NCBI RefSeq assembly: GCF_021028975.2
Contig: NC_059435.1
Span: forward strand, 48,920,343 to 48,982,000
Length of the DNA stretch: 61,658 bases
Source: Sphaerodactylus townsendi
Taxonomy: Eukaryota
Reading direction: 5' to 3'
How positions within the stretch are numbered: the first letter of the stretch is position 1; each line of letters begins with the position of its first letter. This document shows, piece after piece, positions 1 to 12,400 of the stretch. The position numbers and the translations under genes were made by a program. Below the pieces are notes generated by a model that was not told the DNA's origin, made no database searches, and was given only the letters and a program-made list of their open reading frames with translations.

Positions 1-958
1 CCTTGATAAATTAGGTGAGTGGGCTAAGAAATGGCAAATGCAGTTCAATGTAGCAAAATGCAAAGTGATGCACATAGGGGCAAAAAAAAATCCAAACTTC
101 ACATACACGCTACAGGGGTCAGTGCTATCAGTCACAGACCAGGAAAGGGATTTAGGCGTCTTAATTGATAGTTCCATGGGAATGTCAATCTCAATGTATG
201 GCAGCTGTAGAAAAGGCAAACTCTATGCTTCTGGGATAATCAGGAAAGGAATTGATAATAAAACTTCTAAAAGGTAATGTCATGCCCTTATATAAAGAGC
301 ATTAGTGCGATACACACTTGGAGTACTGTGTTCAGTTCTGAGTCACCCACATCCTCAAAAAGGATATTGAAGAGATAGAAAAAGTGCAGAAGAAGGCCTT
401 GAGGATGATTGAGGGACTGGAGCACCTTCCTTATATGAGGAAAGGCTGCGGCGTTTGGGACTCTTTAGTTTGGAGAGGAGGAGGCTGAGGGGGGATATGA
501 TTGAAGTCTATAAAATTATGCATGGGGTAGAAAATGTTGACAGAGAGAAATTTTTCTCTCTTTCTCACAATACTAGAACCAGGGGGCATTCATTGAAAAT
601 GCTGGGGGGAAGAATTAGAACTAATAAAAGGAAACACTTCTTCACGCAACGTGTGATTGGTGTTTGGAATATGCTGCCACAGGAGGTGGTGATGGCCACT
701 AACCTGGATAGCTTTAAAAGGGGCTTGGACAGATTTATGGAGGAGAAGTCAATTTATGGCTACCAATCTTGATCCTCTTTGATCTGAGATTGCAAATGCC
801 TTAACAGTCCAGGTGCTCGGGAGCAGCCGCAGAAGGCCATTGCTTTCACATCCTACATGTGAACTCCCAAAGGCACCTGGTGGGCCACTGCGAGTAGCAG
901 AGAGCTGGACTAGATGGACTCTGGTCTGATCCAGCTGGCTTGTTCTTATGTTCTTATG
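1..958 (+). mobile_element. CR1 LINE 3' part (ORF2 C-terminus, 3' UTR, TTCTTATG tail), runs off window start
   Basis: Translates to CR1 motifs (MQFNVAKCKVMH, SLERRRLRGDMIEVYKIM, FFTQRVIGVWNMLP); 3' hairpin agctggactaga...tctgatccagct; ends gttcttatgttcttatg; 3' end near-identical to the copy at 10469-12090. Confidence 0.95.
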
Positions 959-1539
959 AAGGCCCTCTTCTCTTTTTGCAGATGACTAAAAGAGAAATGA
1001 CAGGCAACTGCTTCTAGTAGTAGCTCAGTTCTAGCCTTAATAGTTCACTTACTCCTTGGAGAAACTAACTCCAGCACTTCCCCTCTTGTTACTTACAAGA
1101 TGGGGCTAATAATAACAAACATTAAGACAATTGCTATAACGAATACTGCAATCATGCAAAAGAAAGTACTGTGAACCCTTTAAATCATTAAATAAATCAT
1201 TAGTGATGTTATGCACTGAGTATATATGTAGCATGTACCCACTGGCATGCCAAACCCAACTGCAATTTGCCTGCATGCCTAAATGCACTAATACCAACAA
1301 ATTATTTACACGAGTAACAACTGAAGTAGGGCCACATAAATTATTCCAGCAATTATGTACATGATTAGAAAAATCACAATATTTTTCTTTTTATTTAGGG
1401 AACTAGCCACAATCATTTCGCAGTCTTGTTTGTTAACATTAATTTATATGTTACAAGCCCCACAAGAAGGCTTTCAAAATGTAAGGTCAGGTACGATTGA
1501 ATGTTTATCAGGAAACACGTTCTGCTGAGTTATGTAGTC

Positions 1540-1685
1540 TTGGGTGTGTAAATGCCGTCAAGTTGCTTCTGGCTTCTGAAAACACCATGAATGAACATCC
1601 TACAATAAGTCCTATGTTTAATAGTTCAGATCTTGGGCCAGGGCTTCCTTGATTGAGACAATCCATCTCATCTTGGGTCTTTCTC
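1540..1685 (-). mobile_element. RTE/Bov-B LINE 3' tail fragment
   Basis: Reverse complement reads gagatggattgtctcaatcaaggaagcc...agcaacttgacggcatttacacac, matching the recalled Bov-B/Sauria SINE 3' tail. Confidence 0.6.
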
Positions 1686-2259
1686 TGCCATGCAAATAAG
1701 ACAAGGACCACCACTGGCAGGCCTTACATCTAGGCAAAACAATGCAGTCCAGGCCACAACCAGCCACACTTAAAAGCCTGAACTAAGGTGTATGACGCCC
1801 ATCAAGAATTTAAAAAGGGATATTATTGTAACCCATGCCATTTTATTTTTACAGGCCCAAGTTGAAGAAAGACGTCCAGCAGCTACAACCTATGCAGAAG
1901 AACAGACGGGATAAAGAAGCCTTTGATTATTAACTGTTTGGACTTTCTCACTTTTCTTTATTTACTGGGCACTGTAAGTAACTGTAACTGTTTTGAGTGC
2001 TTTTCTTGAAAGACATTGAAGATTTTGTATAATTGTGATACACACCCACACACACACATATATATATCCACCATGATTTACCTCTAATTGATATAAAATT
2101 GTTGTATTTAAATTAAAGGTTTGTTAATTTGTTAAAACAATTTCATATTTGTTCGACCAGTCACAGGGTGCCATCATTTTATTAAATTTTAATTTTTCTA
2201 GGTCTCCAATGGAGATTGATGAATACAAGAATAAGGTTATATTATACGTAGTAGGCTAA

Positions 2260-2790
2260 TTAATGCGCGTTTAAGAAAAGAGACCCCGCCCCTCAGACAG
2301 CGCAACATGATGTCACTGCCTTGTAACCGCGGCAAAGTACAGGACGCGCATGCGCACTCTTCCAGCTCTTTTCTCAACAGATAACGGCTTCCAAGACGGA
2401 AGCCCTAAAAGCGAGACGTGTTAAACAGTTCACAAGTTCTAAGCCTGATTCTGATTTTCATCACAGCGGAACCCAGTTTAATTCTTCTCCGTGTTCCCAT
2501 AGACCTACCTTCAGCTATCGCTTTCTCCCCCTCACAAAGTTCACTTCCCGGTTCACAACAGACGTATCCTGAACTAAGAAACAAGAAATAGCGCAAAAGC
2601 GCATGCCCGAGAGCCCTCCGACAGTCTGTCTTCCCTCTCCGGAAATGACGTTGCCTGGTATTGGGAAGCGCCCGCCTTCTACGCGTCTCTGTTGCCGTAG
2701 TAACTAGCTGCGATCCTGTGAAGAGCGGAAGTGGAGCTTCCCGCCAAGTGTTGGCCTGAGTGAAGCGCGGAGAGTTTGACTGAGGCATGG
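2260..2790. promoter_or_regulatory. CpG-rich bidirectional promoter for RPA3 (+) and probably UMAD1 (-)
   Basis: CpG enrichment; NRF1 motif GCGCATGCGC at 2346-2355; ETS motifs tccggaaatgacg (~2638) and gcggaagtg (~2724); lies directly upstream of the RPA3 ATG; UMAD1 assignment by synteny. Confidence 0.75.
2509..2640 (-). other. UMAD1: Probable non-coding first exon of UMAD1 (5' boundary approximate)
   Basis: Minus-strand donor gaag|gtaggt at 2509/2508 just past the promoter; RPA3 and UMAD1 are head-to-head in other amniotes; no UMAD1 coding exon recognised in the window. Confidence 0.35.
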
Positions 2791-2885
2791 CGGATATTTT
2801 CGAAGGGCCTCGGCCTCGCATAGCCACCAGTCAATTGGCGCAGCACATCGGGAAACCCGTCTGTTTTGTGGGGCGGGTGGAAAAG
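2787..2885 (+). CDS. RPA3: RPA3 (replication protein A 14 kDa subunit) coding exon 1
   Basis: ATG in Kozak context ggcATGg; MADIFEGPRPRIATSQLAQHIGKPVCFVGRVEK; donor aag|gtaag. Confidence 0.96.
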
Positions 2886-3129
2886 GTAAGCCTGTCAGCG
2901 CTGCTGAGAAAGGCCTTGGCTTAGCCCACGAAATCATACCCCCACCCCCCGTCCCAGCTATGGTTGTCCCTAATTTATACGGACGACCCTGGTTTCGAAT
3001 CTTTGCTTCTGGCATACGAATGCTCTGAGAAAATCTGCTAAACTTGTGTGAGCTGCTGAAGTTTTCTTTGCTCGGTTTTCAGTTCTTCCGCCTGGGTTTC
3101 TAGGAATTGCGTTTTTGATAGACTCATGA

Positions 3130-3280
3130 GGTCCCTTCCACACCTGCAGAATACTGCACTTTCAATCCACTTTCACAATTGTTTGCAAGTGGATTTTGCT
3201 ATTCTGCACAGTAAAATCCAGCTGCAAAGTGCACTGAAAGTGGATTGAAAGTGCATTATTCTGCAGGTGCGAAAGGGGCC
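3130..3280. mobile_element. Palindromic ~150-bp MITE (Harbinger-like); related copies at ~29113-29250 and ~56795-56935
   Basis: Arms ggtcccttccacacctgcagaatactgcactttcaatccac / gtggattgaaagtgcattattctgcaggtgcgaaaggggcc; three similar copies in the window. Confidence 0.85.
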
Positions 3281-3948
3281 CCAGAAAGAAATCCCACTGC
3301 AATTAACTGGGCTTTTTCTTAGGTCAGTGTGAAGGACTGTGTTGTCTGATCATGCATAGATCAAGCCCGATAAAATCTGTTGGAGAAATTGACAGCTTGC
3401 ACACTATTTTGGGGCATTGTGGTCATTTTGAAAGACGTTGTGTGAGGTTTGTTTATGGATTTTGGTTTTGATCTACATCCTGTTTTTGCACACACTTGAA
3501 GCTGTGCTCAGCTTGTGGTTCTCTTTTAAGTTGCTTCTAGGGCTGTAAGGCAATTCTGAAAACAAAACATTTTATATATTTAAGAAGCATGTATGGTACA
3601 TTGATGCAGAGTAAATGGATGTTCTCTTGTTTGAAATTTCTGTTATAAATTTTTATTGCACTCCTGTGAGAAATTCAATGGAGTTTATATGCTTCTTGTC
3701 TTCTACATTTTGCCGTCATAGCATGACACATCAGCTAATTGATAAAAGCATTTAAGGTCAGTGATCTGATGTCAGTTGCTCATAGTAATGGTCAAATATG
3801 GTTACTCCATCAGTTGAATCATTACATGATGTCACTTTAAAGCAACTGGGTGTTATTTAGCAACACAGTGTTAGGCATTCTTGTTATTGACTGTTTCTCT
3901 GTATGGGTAAAAGTCTTTTGAAAATAATATGCTTTCACATCTTTGCAG

Positions 3949-4023
3949 ATCCACGCATCTGGGAAGTATTTCTTTCTGTCAGATGGAGATGGAAAAAATG
4001 CAACTATTGAGCTCAGTGACCCT
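3949..4023 (+). CDS. RPA3: RPA3 coding exon 2
   Basis: ttgcag|IHASGKYFFLSDGDGKNATIELSDP|gtaagt, 75 nt, in frame. Confidence 0.96.
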
Positions 4024-5757
4024 GTAAGTAAGAGCATCTTTTGGAAGACTTTTTGTGTTTGGTTTGTCCCCCCTTTTTTTGCATGGCATTAATTCTAGAG
4101 ACGGATGACCTGGTGCATCAGTAGACCAGTTTATGAGGGACAGTTTTGAACTTTCATCCAGACAAACTGCTGCTGTCCTACTGAAGTACAGTGGCAAGTA
4201 TTAACACAATTGCATTAGTGGTTGTCCCAGGAAAGCAAATACACTTGCTTGCAGCAGCGGATGCATCCTAGGACATGTACTTCCTATATCCAACAGTAAT
4301 TTCCCAGTAATGGAAACCACTCCTGTCAACATGATCTCATTTTCCCGCCTTCCTCCTTGAGCGGAAGACTGGTGGGATCCCTAAAATGCAGTTCCTGGTG
4401 ATAGGAAACCCTCAGGAACAATATGAGCGTCAAATCAATGCAAATCAGCTTCCATTACCAGACAATAACCTCTGCCAGCTCTTCTGGAAGTAGAAGAGGG
4501 CTGAAGGAGAATCCACTTCCCCTTCTTGCTGCAACCACACTAGCTTTTGTTGTTTCTGTTGTCCTGACCATGTCAGTTGTATGATTCCCATCATAGCCTT
4601 TTCATAAGTTTAAAGAGCTCCTTGCATCACTAGAAAAGAGATAGTATTCAGCCCCTTATCTTTGCTTTCAATTCTTCTACTGTCATGGTCTATCAGCATA
4701 TATGATGCCTTACAGAGCTACATGAGTAAAAATTATTTAGATGATCCATAGAAAAATCTCTGGCCCCAGAAGGTCCCTTTGGAAATACAGAAAAGAATAG
4801 GGGGAGGAAGAGGTAATTGGAGGAGTCAACCAAATGCATCATGGGGCTTTCAGGTAGGGTTTGAAGAAAGAGAATGAAAGCAGCGTGTAGATTATCTGTG
4901 AGTGTGTTGCAGATGGGCAGCGTAATCCAGAGGTTCAGGTGGCCAGGACAATGCTGCCGTCGTTCCACTGCCTCCAGAGGGCTTTCTGGCGGCGGGGTGG
5001 GTGGAGGAGGGTGGGACAGAAAAAGCAACCTGCCACTGTGAGAAAGCCCTCCCTAGGGCTTAATAGACATATAACATCCAAAAGGGTGGCATAAGTCCAA
5101 GGCCCAAGCCGCAGTGTAACTGGCTGCAAAGTTGGGATGGAAGCAGACTAATGTTGGCTCCATCCCCAGGCACACCTCTGGCATTCCCCCGCAATGCTGA
5201 TGGAACCACTGTGAGTGCTGACATGGCTCCCAGCACTGTGCCCTAGAAGGCTGCAGTGTCCACTCTCTGGCATGTGTGCCCTGGGGAGGACAAATCCGAA
5301 CAGCACAAACATGCTCCACATTCACAAGTGAATTTGTACCCTACCCCCGCCTCCAGATTGTACTGATAGAGCGACAAAGGAGATTGGTTTGGAAGCAGAA
5401 AGCTTTTCTGTGCTACTTCACAAATACAGCTTGTCCTGTCATTTATTTTTCCTAATGGCATATGCAAAAGATGAACTCTGTTTTAGTTAGCCTGAAAAAA
5501 TCTTTTAAAATTAATTAGATGCTAACAAGTAATGGTGCTAATAATTAAAAAGGAAAATCCTGCACCTCTTTCTTGCAAGAAATTTTACAGGAGTTTGTAA
5601 AATGCATTTGTATATTATCTGCCTGATATGTTAAGCAAAAGTGGACAACAACCTTAACAAAAACTTTTAAAAAGAGAAACTTTAAGATGACTGTTTACTT
5701 AATGATCTGCAAATTTTCTAATATTCAGAATCATTATTTGTTTATATGGTTTGGTAG

Positions 5758-5866
5758 CTATCTGAAGAGCTTTCAGGAGTCATTGAAGTAGTGGGAAGAG
5801 TTACAAATCAAGCAAACATCTTGTGTATGTCATATACCCAATTCAGAGAGGATAAAAGCATGTTTG
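5758..5866 (+). CDS. RPA3: RPA3 coding exon 3
   Basis: tag|[36 protein letters not shown]+g|gtaagt, 109 nt. Confidence 0.96.
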
Positions 5867-6793
5867 GTAAGTCAATTAAATACTTCTGAATTGTTAACTG
5901 TACCTCATTAATACTTACCATATTTTTGATTGAGTTCATAACCCTGTGGAGAATTGATTCCCTACTGGTCTTGAAGCCTTTTCCATTGAAGGCCAGCTTT
6001 AACATAATATTTTCCTCCATGCAAGTATGTCTTGGAATGAATCTTGTAAAAACGGATGCATAAAAGCAAAACTGAAAATCCATGTGGATTTTCATTTCCA
6101 GGATAATGTATTTCCCATGCTTCTATGCTTTGGCAGTCTACTAACAGAAGTCATTTACTGATGAATTTGTATAGCTGTTTTCAGAGGGCAAGGTTGCTTC
6201 ATATTTTATCATCTCAAAAGAATTCATCTCTGTACTTGCTCATCCAAATTGGGGCTTGGATCCCACCTTCATCAAACCTATGACTCCCCCTTCAGCCCCT
6301 TAGGTATTTCTGAGGGTCCCTATTCTTTAGAAGCAGCTTGGTGGGGGAGATATTAAGCTGTAGCCGGAGTGGGAAGGTGACAAAATAACATTCCTCAGAC
6401 AGAAATTTTCTTTGTGGAAATTTTAGTTGGGGTGCAAGACTGAATGATTCTGCTTACTTACAAAATTGTGATATGACTCAAAAGGCATCTACTGTTTCAT
6501 CTGGTGTTTACTTATTAAAGGAGAACTGCTGTGAGGACAGCTTGCAAATATAGTGAACTTTTAGTCATGGGGTGTTGGCAGTTGATTCATGCTGGTTCAG
6601 TGATAACCATGACATGTGTAAAAACCACCTTTTGAAATATTTCTGGTTGTGTTAACTATTTGCAGTATCTAATTGAGGAGAAATTTCTTTCAGAATTAAA
6701 TGTAAAGTGTAACTAGTACTTATCAGTAATGTCTAGTATATTTTGTTTGCCTGCACTAGTAAATTTACTTCTCCTTTTCTCTATTTTTTTCAG

Positions 6794-6870
6794 ATCTTTC
6801 ACTATATAACGAAGCTCTAAAAATTATCCATGAATTTTCTGAGTATTACCCTTTTGGGGCTGAAGCATGA
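6794..6870 (+). CDS. RPA3: RPA3 coding exon 4 (stop)
   Basis: tttcag|(D)LSLYNEALKIIHEFSEYYPFGAEA*; spliced CDS 360 nt = 119 aa OB-fold protein. Confidence 0.96.
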
Positions 6871-6938
6871 CTGACACTTTCTCTAATGACATCAGAATGG
6901 ACAATTCTATAATATTTAATATGACAAAAACTGTGGGA

Positions 6939-7094
6939 AATAAACTTGCTTAAAATGTTTTTGGAGCAGTCTGGTGTGCTAACAATGCAGTATAGAAACT
7001 GTTGGATTTGGATTCTTACCAGTGAATCTAAATAGAAGTTTAATCTCGGAGAAACCCAGTTTCCAGTGAAAAGCAATATTTCTTGATAAATAAA
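6939..7094 (+). terminator. RPA3 candidate polyadenylation signals (AATAAA at 6939-6944 and 7089-7094)
   Basis: Two AATAAA hexamers downstream of the stop; GT/T-rich sequence after the second. Confidence 0.55.
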
Positions 7095-7933
7095 CATCTG
7101 ACTATTTTTAATAGACTAACATTCAGGTATATTGGGGCTCAGGATAAAAATATACAAAAATACCTATTAATTTTATCTGTCTGGCTTTTCTTGTCATGTT
7201 TTATGGGACTGTGTGTGTGTGTGTGTGTGTCAAAGATCCCTCGAAAAAGTATTGTTCCCTCTAACAGCAAATAGCATGATTCAGCTCCTGTTGGGCAAGC
7301 AGTGAAACTCAGACAGAATACAAACTGTTGCTTTGGCGGATGTTTGGCAACACTTTGTTTTCCATACTTATTCCTAGTTATAAAATCTTGATAAAGTTTG
7401 CAGCTGTGAAATCTTGGTGAAGTTAGCAGTGTCTCATGGCAGGTGGGAGAGATCGTGGCTTACGAGTTATTCATAGATCCAAGAAACGATTTAAGTGCAC
7501 GGCACTCTCTAACACACATGCCTTTTATAAGCCCTCCTTCAGGTGAGCCAGAAAACAGCAAGCTTCTCTACCTCTCACATTTTTAAAATAGCTCACCTGA
7601 AGGAGGCCTGTTCTTTATAATAGAACAATAATAAGATATGGCAAAAGTAAGAATTGTCACAACTCTCTTAGCATGCTAGAATGTTAATCGGTTGATGTTG
7701 TTTGAGTCGTTGAAAATATCTTTGTCCTCTGATTTGCCACATGAACCAGCAAATCCTTGCTATAACAACCATCGTCAGTTTTACTTTTAGGAGGTATTGA
7801 TGGAGGGAGGGAGAGGACTATTATTAAACGGAACAAGAGTATTCTGGTTAGTTGAAGTAACTGCTGTTTGCTAGAACTCAGTTAGCAGATTAAGAAGAAT
7901 TGGTAGAATCTTGCTGAAAACTGCAGAGTCTAA

Positions 7934-8073
7934 GGCTGATTCCGCATGGGCCAAAAACAGCAGTGTGAAAACAGTGTGAAAATGGTGTAAAAGGATTTAA
8001 AAGGGTGTAAAAGGGTTTATACTGTTTTCATACCGTTTTCACACCGCTGTTTTTGGCCCATGCGGAATCAGCC
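7934..8073. mobile_element. PIF/Harbinger-type MITE with TAA TSD
   Basis: Perfect TIR ggctgattccgcatgggccaaaaacagc / gctgtttttggcccatgcggaatcagcc flanked by TAA on both sides. Confidence 0.9.
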
Positions 8074-8686
8074 TAAGAGAAAACTGTAGAGTCTAAGAGA
8101 AAACAACGGACCGTTCTAGTTTTCTTGCATTCATTATTCAGAATTTTCTTTCAGCAAAGGGAACGAATGGTATTGGTTACATGACTAAATATCAGATTAT
8201 TATTCACAGTCTACCCTAGTTGATAGAAATGTCAAGTGCTAATTAAGCATTCATGATGCTTACTGTTACTTTCAAACTGGGCAAGTTACTTTTTAAAGTC
8301 TCCTGTTAAACTCTAGCCCTGAAGGAGAGTCTTCAGTAACTTCAGGGGACAGGAAATAAAAGCAGTCTGCTGCCAGTCAGTAGGGATAAGAGTAACTGCA
8401 ACAATATAAAGCAGGAAACAGAGTTGCATTAGGTGCTCCTTCTGCAGTGTAATTTCCCTGCGTCCCATTAAAGTGGGAGTCAACTGGAGTAGTATAAAAC
8501 AGGCTCTGGATTATGACTGTACAGTGTCTTGCCAGTAACAGTACATGAGATAAAGAAAGAGCAAGCATGCACAGTCATTGGGGGAAAGGGCAGGTGAGAA
8601 GGAGAGAATGGGAATTGAGAGGCCTGTGAACAGCGGAGGATGATTTGGAACTAAAGTCAGGATGATTTGGAACCAAATGCAACAAA

Positions 8687-9214
8687 GGCCGTTTCTGCAT
8701 GGCCAGCTGAGCAGGGGTGCATTGCCATAGTTCGCGCAGATGCACCTCCGTCGGTCATTCACATGAATGGCCCCGCTGGCTTCGCAGCCGGCGTCGCTGC
8801 CTTGGTACAGGTTGCGCAGCTCCTGGACGCCTCCTACCTCCTTCTGTCGCTTTGTGGAGGCCAGGGGACACGTTCCCATGGCCAGAGCGATTACTCTGGG
8901 GTCGGAGGCCAGGAGGCGTAATCCCTGGCCTGCTCAAAGTGACGGAAGGCAGCAGGAGGTAGGTGTGATCCCTGGTCTCTGCAAAGTGACGGAAGGCAGC
9001 AGGAGGTAGGAGGCGTCTGGGAGCGGCTCAGGAATTACGCTGGCTTCCACCTGGTGCCGTTTGCTCGGCAACGGAGGAAAGCTGCTGTTTTCCAAAATGC
9101 TGTTTCAGGAGGGAGGGAGCCCTACTGAATCAATTTGGCAGTGGTGCCCGTGCGAAGGTTCCCCCCCCCCTTCCAAACGTCGTCTTACCCATTTCAGCCC
9201 ATGCAGAAACAGCC
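8687..9214. mobile_element. Non-autonomous Harbinger-like DNA transposon with an internal ~47-bp tandem duplication
   Basis: TIR ggccgtttctgcatgg / ccatgcagaaacagcc; CpG-rich; internal repeat atccctgg...caaagtgacggaaggcagcaggaggtagg x2 (8921-9010). Confidence 0.75.
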
Positions 9215-10468
9215 AAGGAGCTGGGAGAGGGGGCTGGTAGGAGTACAGGACATTCTTTCTTGGCGGGAGTAGAAAGAGATGCCCAGGTACATTATGATTA
9301 TCATTGTCTTATTGTCATTTGAGATCAAGCAGAAGAGTTGCATCTGTTCCCAGAAAACATATGGACCTGTTGCTTCATAAAGACTATGCAGTTTTCATCC
9401 CGCTGAAGCAAATAAAGCACAGAAAAAGTAATGGTTCCACAGCCAAGTATTGCTAGTGTGGGATACATATATGGAAAATCCATATATTTAATTAATATTG
9501 TTTAAACATTTTAAACAGGCAAGAAACATGGGGAAATGCTTGCTGAAAGAATCAAACAACATTGCCTCTAAATGTGTCTGGATCTGGACTGACAAATGGA
9601 GTGGCTATAAAATTCTGCATGGTTAGGTCTAGCATGAATCTGCACGGTACATATTCTATATTCATGGTACATAAATTTATATGCCTCATTCCAGATAGCA
9701 GTTTGATTTTGGTCATTAGTGAGGAGCATTCAAGTTGGCTAAAGAAGTTCATAGTATATCCTGAATTACTCTGCCTCTTGAACTGAGCTGAATTTCTGCC
9801 AAGCGAAGGGGAGTCTGGCATACAAAAACTTGAACTGGAAAAAAGTATCACTAGACTTCTGCTTGCTTTTTTGTGCAATAGAAATTAGTTTCAGTTCATG
9901 ACTTATGACGAACTGAACAATTTTTTTAACAACTTTGTCTTGCTGATTTTTTCCTCTGTTAGTTGCTATGACATCATTCAGGATTGGTGTTCTGCAGCTG
10001 CAGCACACTATAAAATATGGTGCAAGTGGTAACTTCCTGAATCATTAAAAGCCCAGGGAAGCTATATGAACAATCTGAATCGGTGAGCTTGACAAAAAAC
10101 AAGAAGTTTTCGCATTTTATTGGTTTTTACAGTTTTTAGGAAAGAGTAACTGCCTGAGTGATTTAATATCTTCAGAATCTAATGCAAAAAGCACATTGCT
10201 CAATAATTCAACACAGGCCAGAGTTGATGCATATACAATGCAGCATGTAAAAACTGATTGAAAGCAGGGATTGTGGCTTACAAAAAAGATCTGCCTAGCC
10301 AGCATTTTCTTCTGTCTCTTCAACCATTTCTTCTGTCCACAGCAGATTCTTCCTTCTAAGAGTGCAGGTTTTTCTAGCAAAGGAGGTAGGCCAGGTACAA
10401 CGAGTTGGGTGGATGTAGTAGGCCATTATCTTCCCACAGAAGAAATGGTATATAGGAGATGGTCCATC

Positions 10469-12090
10469 CTTCTCACTTTAATATGCAACTTATCCCTGAA
10501 ATCAGGCTCCATCCCTGAAGACTGGAAGATGGCCAATGTCACACCAATCTTTAAGAAAGGATCTAGGGGGGACTCGGGAAATTACAGGCCAGTCAGTTTG
10601 ACATCTGTTCCTGGTAAATTAGTAGAATCTATCATTAAAGATAAAATTATAAAACATGTAGAAAAGCAAGACCTGCTGAGAAAGAGTCAGCATGGCTTTT
10701 GCAGAGGCAAATCCTGTCTTACAAACTTACTAGAGTTCTTTGAGGGTGTAAACAGGCATGTGGACAGAAGTGAACGGTGGACATTCATGCTTTGGATTTC
10801 AAAGGCTTTTGACAAAGTTCCTCACCAGAGACTGTTGAAAACTCAGCAATGAAGGGCCAGGAAGTCCTCCTATGGATTAAAACTGGTTGAGAAACAGGAA
10901 GCAAAATTGAGTGTAAATGGGGAAGTTCTCACAATGGAGATAATAGGGAGTGTAGTGCCCCCAAGGATCCGTTTGGGACCAGTGCTCTTTAACCTATTCA
11001 TAAATGACCTGGAAGTAGGGGTGGGTAGCGTGTTTAGCCAGGATTTGCGAATGATACCAAATTATGTAGGGTGGTGAGAACCACAAAGGTTGCGAAACTC
11101 CAAAGCGGACCTTGATAAATTAGATGAGTGGGCTCAGAAATGGCCAATGCAGTTCAATGTAGCTAAATGTAAAAGTGATGAAGTGATGCACATAGGGCAA
11201 AAAATCCAAACCACATACTGCCTTCCACAGGGGTCAGTGCGCTATCAGTCTGGCAGACCGGGGAAAGGGATTTAGAAGCGTCTTAGTTGATAGTTCCATG
11301 GGAATGTCAACTCAATGCATGTAGCTTCTAATGAAAAGGCAAACTCTATGCACAGGGGATCATTAGAAAGGAATTGATAATAAAACTTCTGAATTGTCAT
11401 GCCCACTTATATACAAAACCGTGAATGCGTTACGCCTTGGAGTACTGTGTCCAGTTCTGATGCAGCGCATCTCAAAAGGATATTGAGGAGATAGAAAAAA
11501 AAGTGCAGAGAAGGGCAAGCGAGGATGATTGAGGGGACTGGAGCACCTTCCCTGCCAGGAAAGGCATGCAGCGTTTTGGGACTCTGGAGTTTGGAGAGGA
11601 GAGGCTGGCTGAGGGGATATGATTGGGGAGTCTACAAAATTATGCATGGGGTAGAAAATGTTGACAGAGGGACATTTTTCTCTCTTTCTCACAATACTAG
11701 AACCAGGGGGCATTCATTGAAAATGCTGGGGGGGAAGAATTAGGACTAATAAAAGGAAACACTTCTTCACGCAACGTGTGATTGGTGTTTGGAATATGCT
11801 GCCACAGGAGGTGGTGATGGCCACTCACCTGGATAGCTTTAAAAGGGGCTTGGACAGATTTATGGAGGAGAAGTTGATTTATGGCTACCAATCTTGATCC
11901 TCTTTGATCTGAGATTGCAAATGCCTTAACAGACCAGGTGATCGGGAGCAACAGCCGCAGAAGGCCATTGCGTTCACATCCTACATGTGAGCTCCCAAAG
12001 GCACCTGGTGGGCCACTGCGAGTAGCAGAGAGCTGGACTAGATGGACTTTGGTCTGATCCAGCTGGCTTGTTCTTATGTTGTTATGTTCT
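10469..12090 (+). mobile_element. 5'-truncated CR1 LINE (RT domain to tail)
   Basis: IPEDWKMANVTPIFKKGSRGDSGNYRPVSLTSVPGKLVE and QHGFCRGKSCLTNLLEFFE motifs; same 3' UTR as 1-958; ttcttatg tail. Confidence 0.96.
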
Positions 12091-12187
12091 TAAGGGCTTT
12101 CGTGGTGTTCCCTAGAGTGGCAGTAACCTGGAGGGCATAAAATGTCCCACACCTTTAGCAGATGTTACTTATCAGGGAATGTTGGAA

Positions 12188-12400
12188 GAGACAATGTGGT
12201 GTAGTGGTTAAGAGCAACAGATTCTAATCTGGAGAATCAGGTTCAAGTTCCCACTCAAGTGATCCTGTGCCAGGCACAGTTCTCTCTAAACTCTCAGTTC
12301 ATGCAGAGGTGGGCAACAGTTAACAACCTTCAAGTGTCTCTTGCCTTGAAAACCCAATGGAGTAGCCATAAGTCAGCTGTAACTTGATGACAGGCTCACA
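12188..12400 (+). mobile_element. tRNA-derived SINE with Sauria/Bov-B-like tail
   Basis: A/B-box head tggtgtagtggttaagag...ggttcaagttccc; tail gaaaacccaatggagtagccataagtcagctgtaacttgatgaca. Confidence 0.7.

Noticed and set aside
1850-2135. Terminal-exon-like block (acceptor plus ATTAAA) upstream of RPA3
   Set aside because: Very short ORF with no homology recognised; more likely a repeat relic
2405-3015. 140-aa and 103-aa minus-strand ORFs as UMAD1 CDS
   Set aside because: GC-rich promoter ORFs overlapping RPA3 exon 1, with no recognisable homology
10271-10852. 193-aa ORF as a host gene or domesticated RT
   Set aside because: Chance in-frame fusion of flank with a truncated CR1 ORF2; non-ATG start and frame lost within the RT
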